Below are positions 25,942 to 39,599 of a stretch of DNA of 59,711 bases, piece after piece. The DNA lies in the NCBI GenBank assembly GCA_013265495.1, contig MU057477.1:124001-183711 (forward strand). Reading direction: 5' to 3'. A program made the translations under genes and the position numbers. Positions within the stretch are counted from its first letter, which is position 1. Each line of letters opens with the position of its first letter. The notes below the pieces were generated by a model. The model saw only the letters and a list, made by a program, of their open reading frames with translations. It was not told where the DNA came from and did no database searches. This DNA comes from Vicugna vicugna. Lineage: Eukaryota.

Positions 25942-26067
25942 GGGGGCGGGTATGGCTCAGTGGTAGAGCACATGCTTACCATGCATGAGGTCCTGCGTTC
26001 AAGCCCTAGTACCTCCATTAAAAATAAAACAGACCAATTTAGCTCCTCCCACCAAAAAAAAAAAAAA
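25942..26067 (+). mobile_element. Vic-1-type SINE with TSD
   Basis: gggggcgggtatggctcagtggtagagcacatgcttaccatgcatgaggtcc...; TSD gtaagagga at 25933-25941 and 26068-26076. Confidence 0.9.
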
Positions 26068-26917
26068 GTAAGAGGAACTAAAGTAACTGTTAGCCACGAC
26101 TCTGCTGTGACCACCAGTTTAAAAGCTTTCCCATTCTAAAATCACCTCTATGTTTCGTCTATTTTTTTTGGTATGGCAATTACAATTCCATTTATCCAAA
26201 CTCCAGAAGGGCAAAAAGTCTCACAAACCCTCAGTGTGTGCCTGAGCAGAGTATCTGGTGCCTCTTATATACCAGTGTATAAAGTGACTTGAACAGAGTT
26301 CAGAACAGCTGTAAAGCAAGCTCGGAAATGGCAAGATCAGAAGCTGATTTGCTGTGATTTTAATCACAAGTAACGGAAACAACAGCAACAAATTTAGCTC
26401 CTGAGAAATGGAAGGCGCCGGTTTATTGAAAGGAATAAGAAGGGAAACTGATGACACGATGTGCTAACTCCAAAGCCTTTGAGTGAAATCAGGGCTGAGA
26501 GAGAGGAAATCCTGCCTAGATGCCTGTGTGGTGTGTGGTCATGCTCCGAGTAGGTGCTCTGTAAACACCTGTGGAATGATGCCAGCTACCCCGCCGGATG
26601 GGCTTTAATGAGCTCCCGGGAGCAGCTCGTCCCATCCCTGTAGAGTGTCTTCCTGCTGACAGTGGCAAGATGTGCAGGGTATTAGCATCGTTGCTGAATG
26701 ACAGAGGGGGAGAAAGGCCAATCCTGAGCAAACATCTAGGAATTGAGTAAGAGAAGTTTGGCAAAGAGCTGCATAAAACTGCAAATAAGACTATCAGTTA
26801 ATGCAAACTTCATTCTGTTAGGTATACCAATTAAAAAAACAAAAAAAGCTGATGTCTGCTTGCCTGAGGATGGGCTTTGGCCTACAGATGAGTTTTGGAG
26901 AAAGTATTTTTTATAAG

Positions 26918-27005
26918 TTTTTTTTTTTTCAGCGGAGGGACTGGGGATTGAACCCAGGACCCCATGCACACTAGGCATGCACTGTACCACTGGGCTATAC
27001 CCCCT
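26918..27005 (-). mobile_element. Vic-1-type SINE (short form)
   Basis: Poly-T then ggggattgaacccaggaccccatgcacactaggcatgcactgtaccactgggctatac. Confidence 0.85.
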
Positions 27006-27674
27006 CCGCTGCTGGACAAATAGTTTAATTAGAATCCTTTTTTGATGGGTCTATACAATTCTGTTTTCTACAGTTCCTAATATTCCCTGTTGTCTTGCTT
27101 CACTCATTTTCATAATGCACAAGACTCCCGAAGGCAGGAACCCTGGCTTACAGGAAGCAGAAATCAGAGAGAGACCTTTGGGTGCCAAACCAGCCTAAAA
27201 TTAGAATTCAACCTTCAAAATTGGTTTAACCAAGCTTTCAGAAATTATCAGCATTGTTTCTTTGTCTAATTACTCTTAAGAGCTTTACTGACTGCTACAG
27301 CGTGTGAAACATTTTAAAAAGAAGGGCTTGTTATGAGTGACTTCCCAGAGAATCTTACCCAGATGCTTTTTTTTCTGTAATCAAGAACCACTTATTGTGT
27401 GTGTTCTACGTAGCAGCCTAGGCACATATGTGTGTGATGTCTCATTGAATTTGCATAGCCATGGGAGGCTCAGAAAGTAGGTACTTGCTCAAGGGTACAC
27501 AGCCATCACCGTGACCAGGAACGATCTCCTGAGCCCAATACCGTGCTCTTTCCACAGGTCACCGAGGCAGTTTATGATTTCCTATCATTCTGGGCACTGA
27601 AAAGAAGAATAGTAATTTCATAATCTATAAATGATCAGCCTGAAGGAAGGTCTGCTGCAAGACCAGAATAAAAT

Positions 27675-27890
27675 AAAAATAGCTAGCATTTATTGAGTGC
27701 CTACTATGTGCTGGCATTGTTTTAAGGGCTTACATGTATTAATTCATTTAATACTCATATCCACTCTATAAGGTACTATTCTCATTTCACAGATGAAGAA
27801 AGTGAAGTACAAAGAAGATAAATAACTTGTTTACCCAACGGTACAGTTAGTGACCTTCTGAGCCAGCAGTCCAGCTCCAAAGTTCATATA
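27675..27890 (-). mobile_element. MIR SINE
   Basis: agcatttattgagtgcctactatgtgctggcattgttttaagg...cacagatgaagaaagtgaag. Confidence 0.75.
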
Positions 27891-29599
27891 TATACAATAA
27901 ATTGTGTCTAGCTTCTACTTAAGGGGGCAGGAGTGAGGATGGTGGGAGACAGCAAATTAAGTGCTAGCCTGTATTCAAAATCTGATGAGAAGTTTCCGGT
28001 ATAAAGACAACAATGTGATCTCTAGTGATATTTTGATTGACATTCAATGTTTTATTACTATGGCATCCTGTGATACAAACGTACAATTTCTTTGGAGGAG
28101 TTCAAGAATTATAAAATATTGTTTGGAGCAAGTTAGATGGACACATCTAAACACTTCTCTTGTTTTCCTAATGGTTTATTATTATTGGGAAAATGAATGG
28201 AAAAGAACTTGGGCTGAGCAGCTCTCAGCAGTGGAAGAGCTGCGGCTTTCCCTCCACAAAGTCACCATCTGTTTCTGTCTACCACAGCCGAGTCCAGATG
28301 CTTCTAACTTTCTAGCACAATCCCCACAGCGAAAGCTTTCTAATTGGAACTTCTTTGTTTGAGCACATCAAGGCAGAGCAATATTCTATGTAGGTTGGAC
28401 TTCGGCTGTTTTTGAGCCATATGTTATTAAAAGACAATTCTTCTCATGCTTTTCTGCTGTGTTCTCCATCAGAAATTAGACCCCTCATTCATTACTAAAC
28501 TTTGGTTTTTGCATGACAGAAAAAAAAATTTTTATTTCAAGCCTGAGATCTTACAGGAAAAATTTCTTCTGCAATAAGAGAGGTGGCAGAAACTTGCTAG
28601 GGGTTCCTTATTCACAGTTGTGGAAATAAAAACATTATGATATGGATGTTTGATTGACCTAACTTTTTAAAAACCAATTCATTCTGATGATTTTTAAGAT
28701 GCTATTCGTAAACAATGATTGAAAGTTATATGAATCAGAAAAGGATAGTCATTAATGAGTAATTTTAACTTAATTTCCATATATTTAAAATCTGGTTTAA
28801 GACTAAAGGAAGATTTTGAAGAAGAAAAAAGATGTCTCAGATCCCTAACACCATTTTACATTTTGGGGTGTTCCTTTCCAGCGTGTAAATCAATGAGTAA
28901 TTAGGGATATAATACAGAATATATTTATGGTGCTAGGATAACCAGTCAAAAGCTCTATTACTTAAAGTTTTATGACCCATCTCATAAGACACAATTTAAG
29001 TGAAGGAGGAGGCTTTCCTTTTCCCCTATGTAAAAACAAGTTTTAAGTACAAAATTTACTTTCAGAGAATTTGTTTGTTTTCTAGAGTTGGAGAGGGTGT
29101 GGTGAAAAAATAGCTGTTTGTTGACTTTCGGTGGAAATTATAGAGGCTTGGCGAAGAAGAGTATCTAAGAGTATTAAAAAAGCCAAACCAGTCAAAAAAT
29201 AACAGCAGCAGGACAAGGGAACGACTGAGTTTTGGATGAGCTAGAAGCCCCCCTGAGGCAGCATCTCTGGAGCTGGCAGGGGTGGACCAGTGGTAGGAGA
29301 TGAGATCAGAGGACAGGAAGGAGGGACTGGGCCAAACTGGAATAAACTAAGCCTTGTAATTAACATGTGGGATTACGTATGTATGAAGAAGTAGCTGCAA
29401 AGCCATATACTATTTATGCTTAGAGTTCCAGGATGTTAAAGAAATAACTAGTTGAAGTTTGTACCAGAAATTGGGACCACTGTTTGTATCTAAATATTAG
29501 AACTAAATGGATGTGATTAGGACTTTAAAAGGTTAGATCCAAAGAGGCTACTCTGCTTTGCATTTGCTGCAGGGCACCAGTGTATGTAATCTAACTCAG

Positions 29600-29830
29600 C
29601 TAACGTTTTTTTGGGAGCTTGCTATATGTGAGGCATTGGTGAAGGTACTTTTGTGTATTAAATAATTTCATCTTTACACCATATTTGTGAGCTATAGGTC
29701 CTCAGACAAGGACACTGAGACCCAGGGAGGTTAAAGAGCTTGTCCAAGCTCACACTAAGAAAATGATGGAGTCAAGATCATGCCCCAGGCAATTTCCTCC
29801 AGAGCTCCACACTCTTAGTGATCATGTTAG
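29600..29830 (-). mobile_element. MIR SINE
   Basis: cagacaaggacactgagacccagggaggttaaagagcttgtccaagctcacac, antisense MIR core. Confidence 0.65.
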
Positions 29831-30149
29831 ATCTGCCTGTCTGATGTGTGGCTTCTGGAGTGGTATCTAAAGTGCACACAACTAATGTATTAACGATATT
29901 ACCTCCTAACAAATTCATAACTACCATTAGTGTGGTGCGTGATCTGGTTCATTCACTGAGATGCCCTCTTCAGCCTGACTTTGTGTGCAGTACACGCTGA
30001 CTCTCACCTGCTCGGCCCTCAGACTTTGTCTACTGGCTTGCTTGGATGTTCCAGCCATCAGGATTAATGTACTCATTAGCTTATATTTGGATTTGCTTTC
30101 TAGTCCTTTCTGGTCCCCTTACCACAGTTTAGCTTTTAAAAATACACAT

Positions 30150-31433
30150 CTTTTCATTTTATTTATTTTTTATTGAAGTACAGTCAGTTACAATGTGTCG
30201 ATTTCTGGTGTACAGCACAATGTCCCAGTCATGCATATACATACATATATTCATTTCGTATCCTTTTTCATTAAAGGTTATGTTATTACANNNNNNNNNN
30301 NNNNNNNNNNNNNNNNNNNNNNNNNNNNNNNNNNNNNNNNNNNNNNNNNNNNNNATTTTTATGTGGCTAACATCTGTAAATCTCAAGTTCATAAATTTAT
30401 CCCTTCCCACCCCCTTTCCCCAGTAACCGTAAGATTGTTTACTATGTCTTTGAGTCTGTTTCTGTTTTGTAGATGAGTTCATAGTGGCCTTTTTTTTTAA
30501 GATCCCCATATGAGTGGTATCATATGGTATTTTTCTTTCTCTTTCTGGCTTACTTCACTTAGAGTGACAATCTCTAGGTCCATCCATGTTGCTGCAAATG
30601 GCATTATTTTACTCTTTTCTATGGCTGAGAAGTATCCCATTGTATAAATATACCACAGCTTCTTTATCCAGTCATCTGTCGATGAACGTTTATGTTGTTT
30701 CCATGCCTTGGCTATTGTATATAATGCTGCTATGAACATTGGGGTGCATGTATCTTTTCAAATTGGAGTTCCCTCCAGATATACACCCAGGAGTGGGATT
30801 GCTGGATCATATAGTAGGTCTATTTTTAGTTTTTGAGGAATCTCTATACTGTTTTCCATAATGGCTGCACCAAACTATATTCTCACCAGCAGTGGAGGAG
30901 GGTTCCCTTTTCTCCACAGCCTCTCCAGCATTTATCATTTGTGGACTTTTGAATGATGGCCATTCTGACTGGTGTGAGGTGATACCTCATGGTAGTTTTG
31001 ATTTGCATTTCTCTGGTAATTAGTGATATTGAACATTTTTTCATGTGCCTATTGGCCATTTGTATGTCTTTATTGGAGAATTGCTTGTTTAGGTTTTCTG
31101 CCGATTTTTGGATTGAGTTGTTTGCTTTTTGTTATTAAGTTGTATAAGCCGTTTATATATTCTGGAAATTAAGCCTTTGTCTCATCATTTGCAAAAATTT
31201 TCTCCCATTCTGTAGGTTGTTTTGTTTCGCTTATGGTTTCCTTTGCTGTGCAAAAGCTTATAAGTTTAATTAGGTCCCATTTGTTTATTTTTGCTCTCAT
31301 TTCTATTGCCTGGGTAGACTGCCCTAGGAGAACATAGCTAAGATTTATGTCAAAGAATGTTTTGCCTATGTTTTCTTCTAGGAGGTTTATCATGTCTTGT
31401 CTTATATTTAAGTCTTTAAACCATTCTGAGTTT
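30150..31433 (-). mobile_element. 5'-truncated lineage L1 (ORF2 C-terminus + 3'UTR), containing an assembly gap (N 30291-30354)
   Basis: ORFs MFIAALYTIAKAWKQ...WIKKLWYIYTMGY and [19 protein letters not shown] are L1 ORF2p; T-rich tail at left end. Confidence 0.92.
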
Positions 31434-31690
31434 ATAAAAATATGCTTTTTTGTTGTAGCACACTTAGATTTTTTGGTAGAAGCATTTTTAGATATTCTAT
31501 ACTGGGAAAAGAGACCATGAATGTTTACTCTTAAGTATTGCCCCTCAATTATCTGAAATGCTCTTCTCTAATATTACTGTTTAACAGTTTAGATTCATCA
31601 AGACCTAACTAACTCACCCAACAGCAAAAGGGATCCAGGCTAGCAAGGAACGATGGGTGTTACTGTTTTGCAGAGACATACATTAACTGA

Positions 31691-31880
31691 AGCAATGCTT
31701 CTCAAAATGCCTGGATATCAGAATCTTTTGGGGAACTAGTGTAAAATGCAAATCCCAATCCTTAGCCTACCTGAGACTGAGACTCAGAAGAGCTAGGGTG
31801 CAACCCAGGAATCCATGTTTAAAACAATCACCCCCAAGTGCTTCTGATACAAGTGGACAGCTGACTTACTTTGAGAAACA
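31691..31880. mobile_element. MER5-like hAT-Charlie DNA transposon remnant
   Basis: gcaatgcttctcaaa...ccaggaatccatgttt...tttgagaaaca with partial terminal inverted repeats. Confidence 0.6.
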
Positions 31881-32616
31881 GATAACTAGCAGAAGGTTGG
31901 GGAAAGCATATTAATATGAAGAGAGATAGAGCTATAGAAATCACATCTATGGACTTTGAAAAAGGCTTGCTCTTTGGGAGGCAAGAGCATGGACTTTGGT
32001 ACCAGGCCAATTGATGTGAACTTTATTCCACACCAAATTACCTACCCAACCTTGAGTAGGAGTTGAAAAAATCATAATCATAGTACTCTGTTTGGCTCAT
32101 TAGTAAACAAAATTGTCATATACCCTATTGGGAGGATGGGAGAAAGAAATACAGGAGGTGAAGCTAAATTCTCATTGTCCTTATTGGAAGCCAATAAATG
32201 CTGTATGAAATAGAAAAAGTAAAAAATAATACCATAAGGATTTTATTTATAATTTTGGATGTAAATATTAGAAGAAGGTTAAATGAACTAAAGGTAGTTT
32301 TCTCTGGGGAACAGGATGGGATTAGAGAAGGATGAGACGGGGGACTTTGGTTCTTCATTAGAGGTCTTATAGTACTACTTGCTTTTTAAAATTCATGTAC
32401 AAGTATGACTTTAACAACAATGGTTACTTTAAAATATAAATGCTATTTTCACTTGTAGATATACATAGACAGTGCTTGTCACTAGTAAATACTCAGAAGT
32501 TGTTATTTTTATTGTTTGTGGTGAACAGTAGGTGAGAGCTAGGAGGACAAACTCAGAGGCTTCTCCAGAATTTCTCTAGGAGAAGTTTAGAGGCAGTAAT
32601 TGGATTAGAAGGTGGG

Positions 32617-33083
32617 TGTAGTAGGTTGAATTGTGGTTCCAAAAAGATATGCCCAAGTCCTAACCCCCATATCTGTGAATGGGACCTTACTTGGCAGTAG
32701 GGTCTTTACAGATGTAATTAAGTTAAGGATCTCAAGATGAGCTCATCCTGGATTTAGGGTGTACCCTAAATCCAACGGTGAATGCCCTCATAAGGAACAG
32801 AAGAGGAGACACAGAGAGACACAGGAGGAAAGGCATGTGAAGATGGAGGCAGAGATTGGAATGCTGCATCTACAGGCCAAGGAATGCCAGGCATTGCCAG
32901 CAGCCACCAGCTAGGAGAGATGCAGGGAATAGATTCTCCCTCATTGACTCCAGGAGGAATCCACCATGCCAATATCTTGATTTCAGACTTCTGGCCACTA
33001 GAACTGTGAGGGAATAAATTTGTGTTGTCTTTAGCCACTCAGTTTGTGGTAACTTATTACAGCAGCCCTAGAAAACAAAGTCA
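32617..33083 (+). mobile_element. MLT1-type MaLR solo LTR
   Basis: TG...CA ends, typical MLT1 body (gaccttacttggcagtagggtctttacagatgtaattaagttaagg...tttcagacttctggccactagaactgtgag); 5-bp TSD GTGGG at 32612-32616 and 33084-33088. Confidence 0.9.
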
Positions 33084-33269
33084 GTGGGGTTAGAGGACTG
33101 GTCTTGAAGCTCTGTTTGTAGAGCATGTATCTCATTCCTTAGATTGTGTATTTTTTGAGAAGCTTTGATGGGAGGAGTGAAGGAGATTATGGGGATGACT
33201 AAAGCCTCCTTACACTATCCCTGGGCACTGCTACTCGTAGACCCCAAACTGGATGAATCCAGTGAAATA

Positions 33270-33680
33270 TTTTATTATTTTTTCCAGCATTATTGAAATA
33301 AAATTGACACATAACACTGTGTAAGTTTAAGGTGTACAAGTGTTGATTTGAAACACTTATAGCAAAATGATTACCACCATAGTGTTAGCTAACACCTGTG
33401 TCACGTTGCATAATTACCATTTCTTTTTTGTGGTGAGAAAATTTAAAATCTACTTCGTTAGCAACTGTCAAGTATATAATACAGTATTATTAACTATAAT
33501 CACCATGCTGGACATCAGATTCCCAGAACTTATTCATCCTGAAACTGGGAGTTTGTGCTCTGTGACCAGCACCTCCTTTCCCCTGGTAATCATCATTCTA
33601 GTCTGTGTCTGTGAGTTCAGCTTTTTTTAGATTCCACATATAAGTAATATTATACAGTACTTGTCTTTGACCTATTTCAC
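33270..33680 (-). mobile_element. L1MA-like 3'UTR fragment
   Basis: cataattaccatttcttttttgtggtgagaaaatttaaaatctac...tagattccacatataagt. Confidence 0.8.
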
Positions 33681-34156
33681 TGAAAAAAACGTGTTTTATA
33701 GTGATTTCAGATGCATATGTTCATGTTATGAAATGTATTTTGGGGACAGCATCATGTCTACACCACCATGTAGCAAAGGGTTTGTATGTTTCCCTATTTC
33801 ATCAAAGAGGCAGATCTGAAATTTAACACCATTACCACCAACATGGAATTTCCTTACTACTGTAAGGATGCTGAGTAATGCTGCAAACACGTGCTTTCTC
33901 TGGGCCACAAGGTTGTGAAAACTCCACAGGGTGAAGCCCATGAAAAGGTTTTGCTAGTTTCTCTGAAACTAAATCATTTTAAATGGGTTCCTGGAGAGTT
34001 TTCTGGGTAATTTCTACCCTACAGAGATTTGATTGCAGAAAATTTCCAGTAAGCTTAAACAAAACAAAACTCAGCTTCTTATAGCACTTAGAAAATGTAC
34101 CAAGTTGGGCAAGGTATTAAAAATACTTGGATTTTATTCCACGGAGGGAGCATCTT

Positions 34157-34660
34157 TGAGACAGGAGGGAAAGGGGCAGGACTAGCTAAATGAAGATGCG
34201 CAGCTGTCGGGATGCGATAAAGACTGGCTGGAATCAGCTGAAACCAAGGTGGCTTTGAGAACAGTCCATCATTGACTTTTGGCTCATTATATCCTCATTG
34301 TAACACTAAAAATCACCCACCCCCCTTATGCCATGACAGTTCTGAGAGAGACCATGAAAGGCCAAAAAGTGGGTATTCACCCAAATCCTTACCCTTCCCT
34401 GAAATGGCAAGAATATTCCTCCCACTCATTAGCCTATGAAATTACTTAACCCATAAAAACCTACGACCCCATGCCCAGGGACCCCTCTCACTTTCTGAGA
34501 CATCTGCCTATGGAATGTGTATCTCTCTAAATAAACTTGCTTTCCCTTTACGACAGCTTGCTCTTGAATCCTTTCCTGTAAGAAGCTAAGAACTCACTTG
34601 GTGGCCCACCCTAAGGTCTCCTGCAGACCCCAGGGCGTGAGGTTTCCCTCTCCTGCAACA
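34157..34660 (+). mobile_element. MER41-like ERV1 solo LTR
   Basis: TGAGACAGG...GCAACA ends; motifs gctcattata, gccatgacagtt, gaatattcctcccac, aataaacttgcttt; near-TSD tctt/cctt. Confidence 0.75.
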
Positions 34661-35777
34661 CCTTGATAAGTAGAACTTCGAAACTTTGAAAGAAAAAGGT
34701 AGATACATACAGAGGATGGAAATTTCTGATTGTCAGAGACTAAAGAAAATCTTGCTGAACTTGGAAAGGTCAACGAAAGAATGATTCTCCTGGTTTGAGG
34801 CATTGTATCCTTGAGTTCGGATTCATGCTTGAATGAGATGCTGTGTATCCTCAGGGATGAAGGGCCCACAGGAGAAGGAGGACAGGGAGGCGGATACAGT
34901 CGGAGAGAGAGCGCATGGAATGTCCTAGCGGTCAAGAGAAATGCATGTGTGGGTGTGTGGGAGGATATCAGGGGAAATGAACACTGCCAAGATGATTTGT
35001 TTTTTAGCTGCCAAAGCATTCCTGGGACATTCTTCCTAGATGCTAGGATTGGAGAGGTGACAAGTTTCAATATGTTTATCCATTACAAGTACAAGCGTTT
35101 AAAAAAAATTGGGGCAGATGTATTTTTAATTCTAAAAAGACAATGTTGACATTAGGGAAACTCTGAAACAAAATGACTTCTCATAATTCCACTATTAAAA
35201 AACACCTAATATTCTATTTTGATATGTTTTCTTCTAGACTAAAACTTTCTTTAGCAATACTTCTGGGTAAGTTTCCTCTTGAAATGATATCAATTAAAGC
35301 AGCTTCTGACCCCTAACAAGCTGGGAACAATTCTCCAGTCCTGTATTATTCTGCTTTAAACTGGAAACTTGAACTGCAGACATGAATTAACTGCAACGAT
35401 CATTTCATGACTGTTTTTAAGTTTCCATCTTTCAACGTCTGTGGCAATTATTCTATGGAAGTAAAGGAAGTCAAACACTGAGGTGAGAAAGCAATTCTAT
35501 AGTTTTCTAGAAGGGGCTCAGACATCATCTTTCCTAACTCCCTGTTTAGTAAGGAAAATGAAGCCTAGGAAGGTCACAGAACTAACAAATGCTAAAGCTG
35601 AGGTTTGATACAAGCTCTTAAAAAAAAATTTTTTTTTTGGTGTTTTCCTGTTAAGGCCAAAGTATAATTAAAGCATCCAATGGTTTGAACCAAGGCAAAG
35701 ATCTGAGAGTACCTAACATATTTTCTAACATCTAAGATAATGCCCACTTAACAATAGTTCATCTAAAGCCTAGCAGA

Positions 35778-36809
35778 ACAGAATGGGAGAAAATTTTTGC
35801 AAATGAAACCGACAAAGGCTTGATCTCCAGAATATATAAGCAGCTCATATGACTTAATAAGGAAAAACCAAACAACCCAATCCAAAAATGGGCAAAAGAC
35901 CTAAACAAGCAATTCTCCAAGGAAGACATACAAATGATCAATAGGCACATGAAAAAATGCTCAATATCACTAATTATCAGAGAAATGCAAATCAAAACTA
36001 CAATGAGGTATCACCTCACACCAGTCAGAATGGCCATCATTCAAAAGTCCACAAATGACAAATGCTGGAGAGGCTGTGGAGAAAAGGGAACCCTCCTCCA
36101 CTGCTGGTGGGAATGTAGTTTGGTGCAGCCACTGTGGAAAACAGTATGGAGATTCCTCAAAAGACTAGGAATAGACTTACCATATGACCCAGTCATCCTG
36201 CTCCTGGGCATATATCCAGAAGGAACCCTACTTCAGGATGACACCTGCACCCCAATGTTCACAGCAGCATTATTTACAATAGCCAAGACATGGAAACAGC
36301 CTAAATGTCCGTCAACAGATGACTGGATAAAGAAGAGGTGGTATATTTATACAATGGAATACTATTCAGCCATAAAAACCGACAACATAACGCCATTTGC
36401 AGCAACATGGATGCTTCTGGAGAAGGTCATTCTAAGTGAAGTAAGCCAGAAAGAGAAAGAAAAATACCATATGAGATCGCTCATATGTGGAATCTAAAAC
36501 AACAACAACAACAACAAACATAAATACAAAACAGAAACAGACTCCTACACATAGAATACAAACTTGTGGATGCCAAGGGGGCAGGGGATGGGAAAGAACA
36601 GACTGGGATTTCAAGATGTAGACTAGATAAACAAGATTATACTGTATAGCACAGGGAAATATATACAAGATCTTGTGGTAGCTCACAGTGAAAAAAAATG
36701 TGACAATGAATATATATATGTTCATGTATAACTGAAAAATTGTGCTCTACACTGGAATTTGACACAACATTGTAAAATGACTATAACTCAATAAAAAATG
36801 TTAAAAAAA
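35778..36809 (+). mobile_element. Young 5'-truncated L1 (ORF2 C-terminus, 3'UTR, poly-A)
   Basis: 187-aa ORF 35934-36497 is the L1 ORF2p C-terminus ([18 protein letters not shown]); TSD aaagcctagcaga 35765-35777 / aaagcctatcaga 36810-36822. Confidence 0.95.
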
Positions 36810-37149
36810 AAAGCCTATCAGAGAATTCAAATTTTGTTTGGCATAGTAATAATTGAGTGAAAAAGTATAAATTATGTCAAAAGGAGAATGTGTTATAATT
36901 AGAAATAAAGAGCTAAAGGATATTCCTTTTAGTTAAGTAGTATAACTGGAACTTTTCACTCTTTAACATGGCTTTTATAAATGCATGATTAATAGTTTTA
37001 TTTCCTGCCAGTAATTAATAGCTTATTAATGTTTTCCTCACCTCTGATGATGAATTTTAAATTACAAAAAATTGTCCAACAGCTTTAAATTAAAAATGAA
37101 ACTGGATATTGAAATAAATTTAATCCTTTTTATTACAAAAATAAATAAA

Positions 37150-38125
37150 TAAATAGCTTTAATTTTAAGTAATTTTAGATTTATAGTAAAAATTTTAGAA
37201 TAGTACTTAGAGTTCAGGTGCAACTTCCCCTGACGTTAACAACTGCACAACCGTAGTTCAATTACTGAAACCAAAAAATTAACATTGGCACAATATTATT
37301 CAACTACAGGCCTTATTTGACTTCCATCATTTTTTCCTCTAGTATCTTTCTGTGAGTCATTCTGGGATCCAATCCCCAACCTCATGTTGCATTTAATTAA
37401 TATGTCTCCTTAGTTTCTTCCAATCTGGGAGAGTTCTCCAGTCTGTCTTTCATGACCTTGACACTTTTGAAGGTGTTTTACAGAATGTCCCTTAGTTGGG
37501 GTTTGTCTGATGTTTTCCCACGATTAGACTGAGGTCATGCATTTTTGGTGAGAATACCACAGAAGCAAAGTGTCCTTCTCAACTGCATTGTATCAGAAAA
37601 AACCCAGTGTTGTCTTATTACTGGTGATATTAACCTCGATCACTTGGTTAAGTTGAGGTCTGTCAGTTTCTCCCCTGTCAGCTTACTATTTTTCCCTTTG
37701 TAATTAATGAATATCTTGGAGGAGCTGTGTTGAGACTATGCTAATATCCTAATTTTCCTCACACCTTCACCCACAGATTTTAGTATCTGTCAGTGGACCT
37801 TGCCTGCAATAATTATTATTGTGATGTTTACCTAGCAGTGACTTTTTTAATGTGTATATGTTGATGTGTATGGACTTGTGAGTATTTATTTTATTCTCTG
37901 CATTATGATCCAGTATTGTCATTATTTTTTGCTCTACTTGTTCTAACTTTGGCCACTGGGAACTCCTTTAAGTTGTCCCCTGTACCCTTTTGTCTTGCCT
38001 AGTCACGGTGGGATTGTTGTTGTTGTTTTGAGTACTTCCTTATTTTCTGACACCAGATTTTCCAGGCTGAATTAGATTTTCCCTACCCCAGCCCTAGAAT
38101 CAACCACTTCTCTGAGGAACCCTAT
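37150..38125 (-). mobile_element. L1MC-like 3'UTR, antisense
   Basis: catgaccttgacacttttgaag...ctggtgatattaacctcgatcacttggttaag...cccagccctagaatcaaccacttctctgagga. Confidence 0.8.
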
Positions 38126-39044
38126 GAATCAAGACCTTTTGATGTAGACCTCTTGGGCTCCTTTCACCAGTGCGTGTTATATCCAATCACTTTTGACTTG
38201 AACCCTTCATAAGTTTTTCTTAGAAATACACTGTAAAGGTAGGTGGAGTTTGTTCTGGTTGAGTTTGCTCCAGGCATTCAACATTGCCTTGTGGGTACTC
38301 CCAGTGCTCTTCTGTCCACTCCGTCCCACTGGGATGGTCCAGGCATGAGGTGGCAGGAGGGTGAGAAGATACAGAAGTGGGATGAGTGGGTATAGATGAA
38401 GATGTGGATAGGAAGCCTGGGAGATTCCCTGGATGGGACTCAAATATAAACATCTAAATTCTTTCTGCTTCACCACTATGCACACCAAGAAAAGAAAAAA
38501 ACTGAAAATTTCAAAGGCAAGTCAATTTCTGAAGTTTTAAGTTTTCCGGCATTTGATCCACTCTGCCTGTGGGGAGGGTGCTTTTTGTGACTTCGGCTTC
38601 TCTTCCTCCTCTCTTTCTGTCTCAAGCTGCCTCCAGCAGCTGTCCTGGCTGATTTAGGGGGTTCTGGCAAACCAGTTTCTGGTTGAGTCCCACACGCTCT
38701 TGAGTATGTATTATTCCTCTCCCTGTGTCAGGGATGGATAAAGTTAAACTTTGGGACGTTGAAAGAAAACAGAGCTAAGTTCACAGTGGAAATCAAAAGG
38801 AAGACAGGAAACAGAAACTTTAAAATTCTAGATTTCTAGTCTTTTGCATAAAATAATAGAACTTGAAAAGCAACTGAGAAAACTATTCCAAATAGATGAA
38901 TATGGATCATGATTTAAGGGCCTGCAGTAAGGCCCATCTTCCACTGCAGGGTTCAAGAACACTTAACGGTAACAACCTCAGTTTCTCGGGGTTGGGTATG
39001 AGTGTAGGATTGTTTTTCTGCTGTGTGAACAGTCACTCCACATC

Positions 39045-39194
39045 TTTTTAAAAAATTGATTAATTTTTTGGGGGGTAGATAATTCGGTTTGTTTGTTAAT
39101 TTGTTTGTTTGTTTTAATGGAAATACTGGGGATTGAATCCAGGACCATCATGATTGCTAAGCACATGCTCTACCACTGAGCTATAACCACCCCC
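39045..39194 (-). mobile_element. Vic-1-type SINE
   Basis: ctggggattgaatccaggacc...ctaagcacatgctctaccactgagctataaccacccc. Confidence 0.85.
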
Positions 39195-39599
39195 AACTCT
39201 GTATTTTTTTTATTTGAAACTTTCTACAAATGACAGTACACTTCTTTCTCTCTATGTACTTCTCCCTGGGTCTGTGTGTGTGTGTATGTGTGAGACAAGG
39301 TGGAGCGGGGAAGAGGAAACAGAGAAAGAGATATGACAGACTAGGTTTTTACTTTTACAGAAATTTAATACGTGTCAGCACAAATCTGAGACTGACTCAT
39401 TTGGCAGGAAGAACAAATTCACACGCCAGAGTAAACAGAGAACGGGGTGAGACCTCAAGAATAAGGCAAGGGTGGGGAGGCAGTTTACAACTGAAGGTAT
39501 GAATAGAGATGATTTATTAAAATTATTTTCAATTTCTCATAGGCAGGTTGAATTTTTATCCTGCCTCCCACAGGACTTGTCTTAAACGAGCTAGGGAAT

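Noticed and set aside
25942..26020. tRNA-like sequences (also at 3770, 9714, 26940, 39125, 50610, 55464 and 57972)
   Set aside because: They are dispersed, diverged and A-tailed (one with a clear TSD), so they are SINEs rather than tRNA genes
27961..28362. 133-aa ORF, and similar ORFs at 34594-35070, 41224-41745 and 51183-51662
   Set aside because: Mostly non-ATG starts or overlap with repeats, no recognisable homology or splice context; ORFs of this length are expected by chance in 60 kb
35934..36497. 187-aa ORF with a Cys/His motif
   Set aside because: C-terminus of L1 ORF2p in a 5'-truncated element; not a host gene
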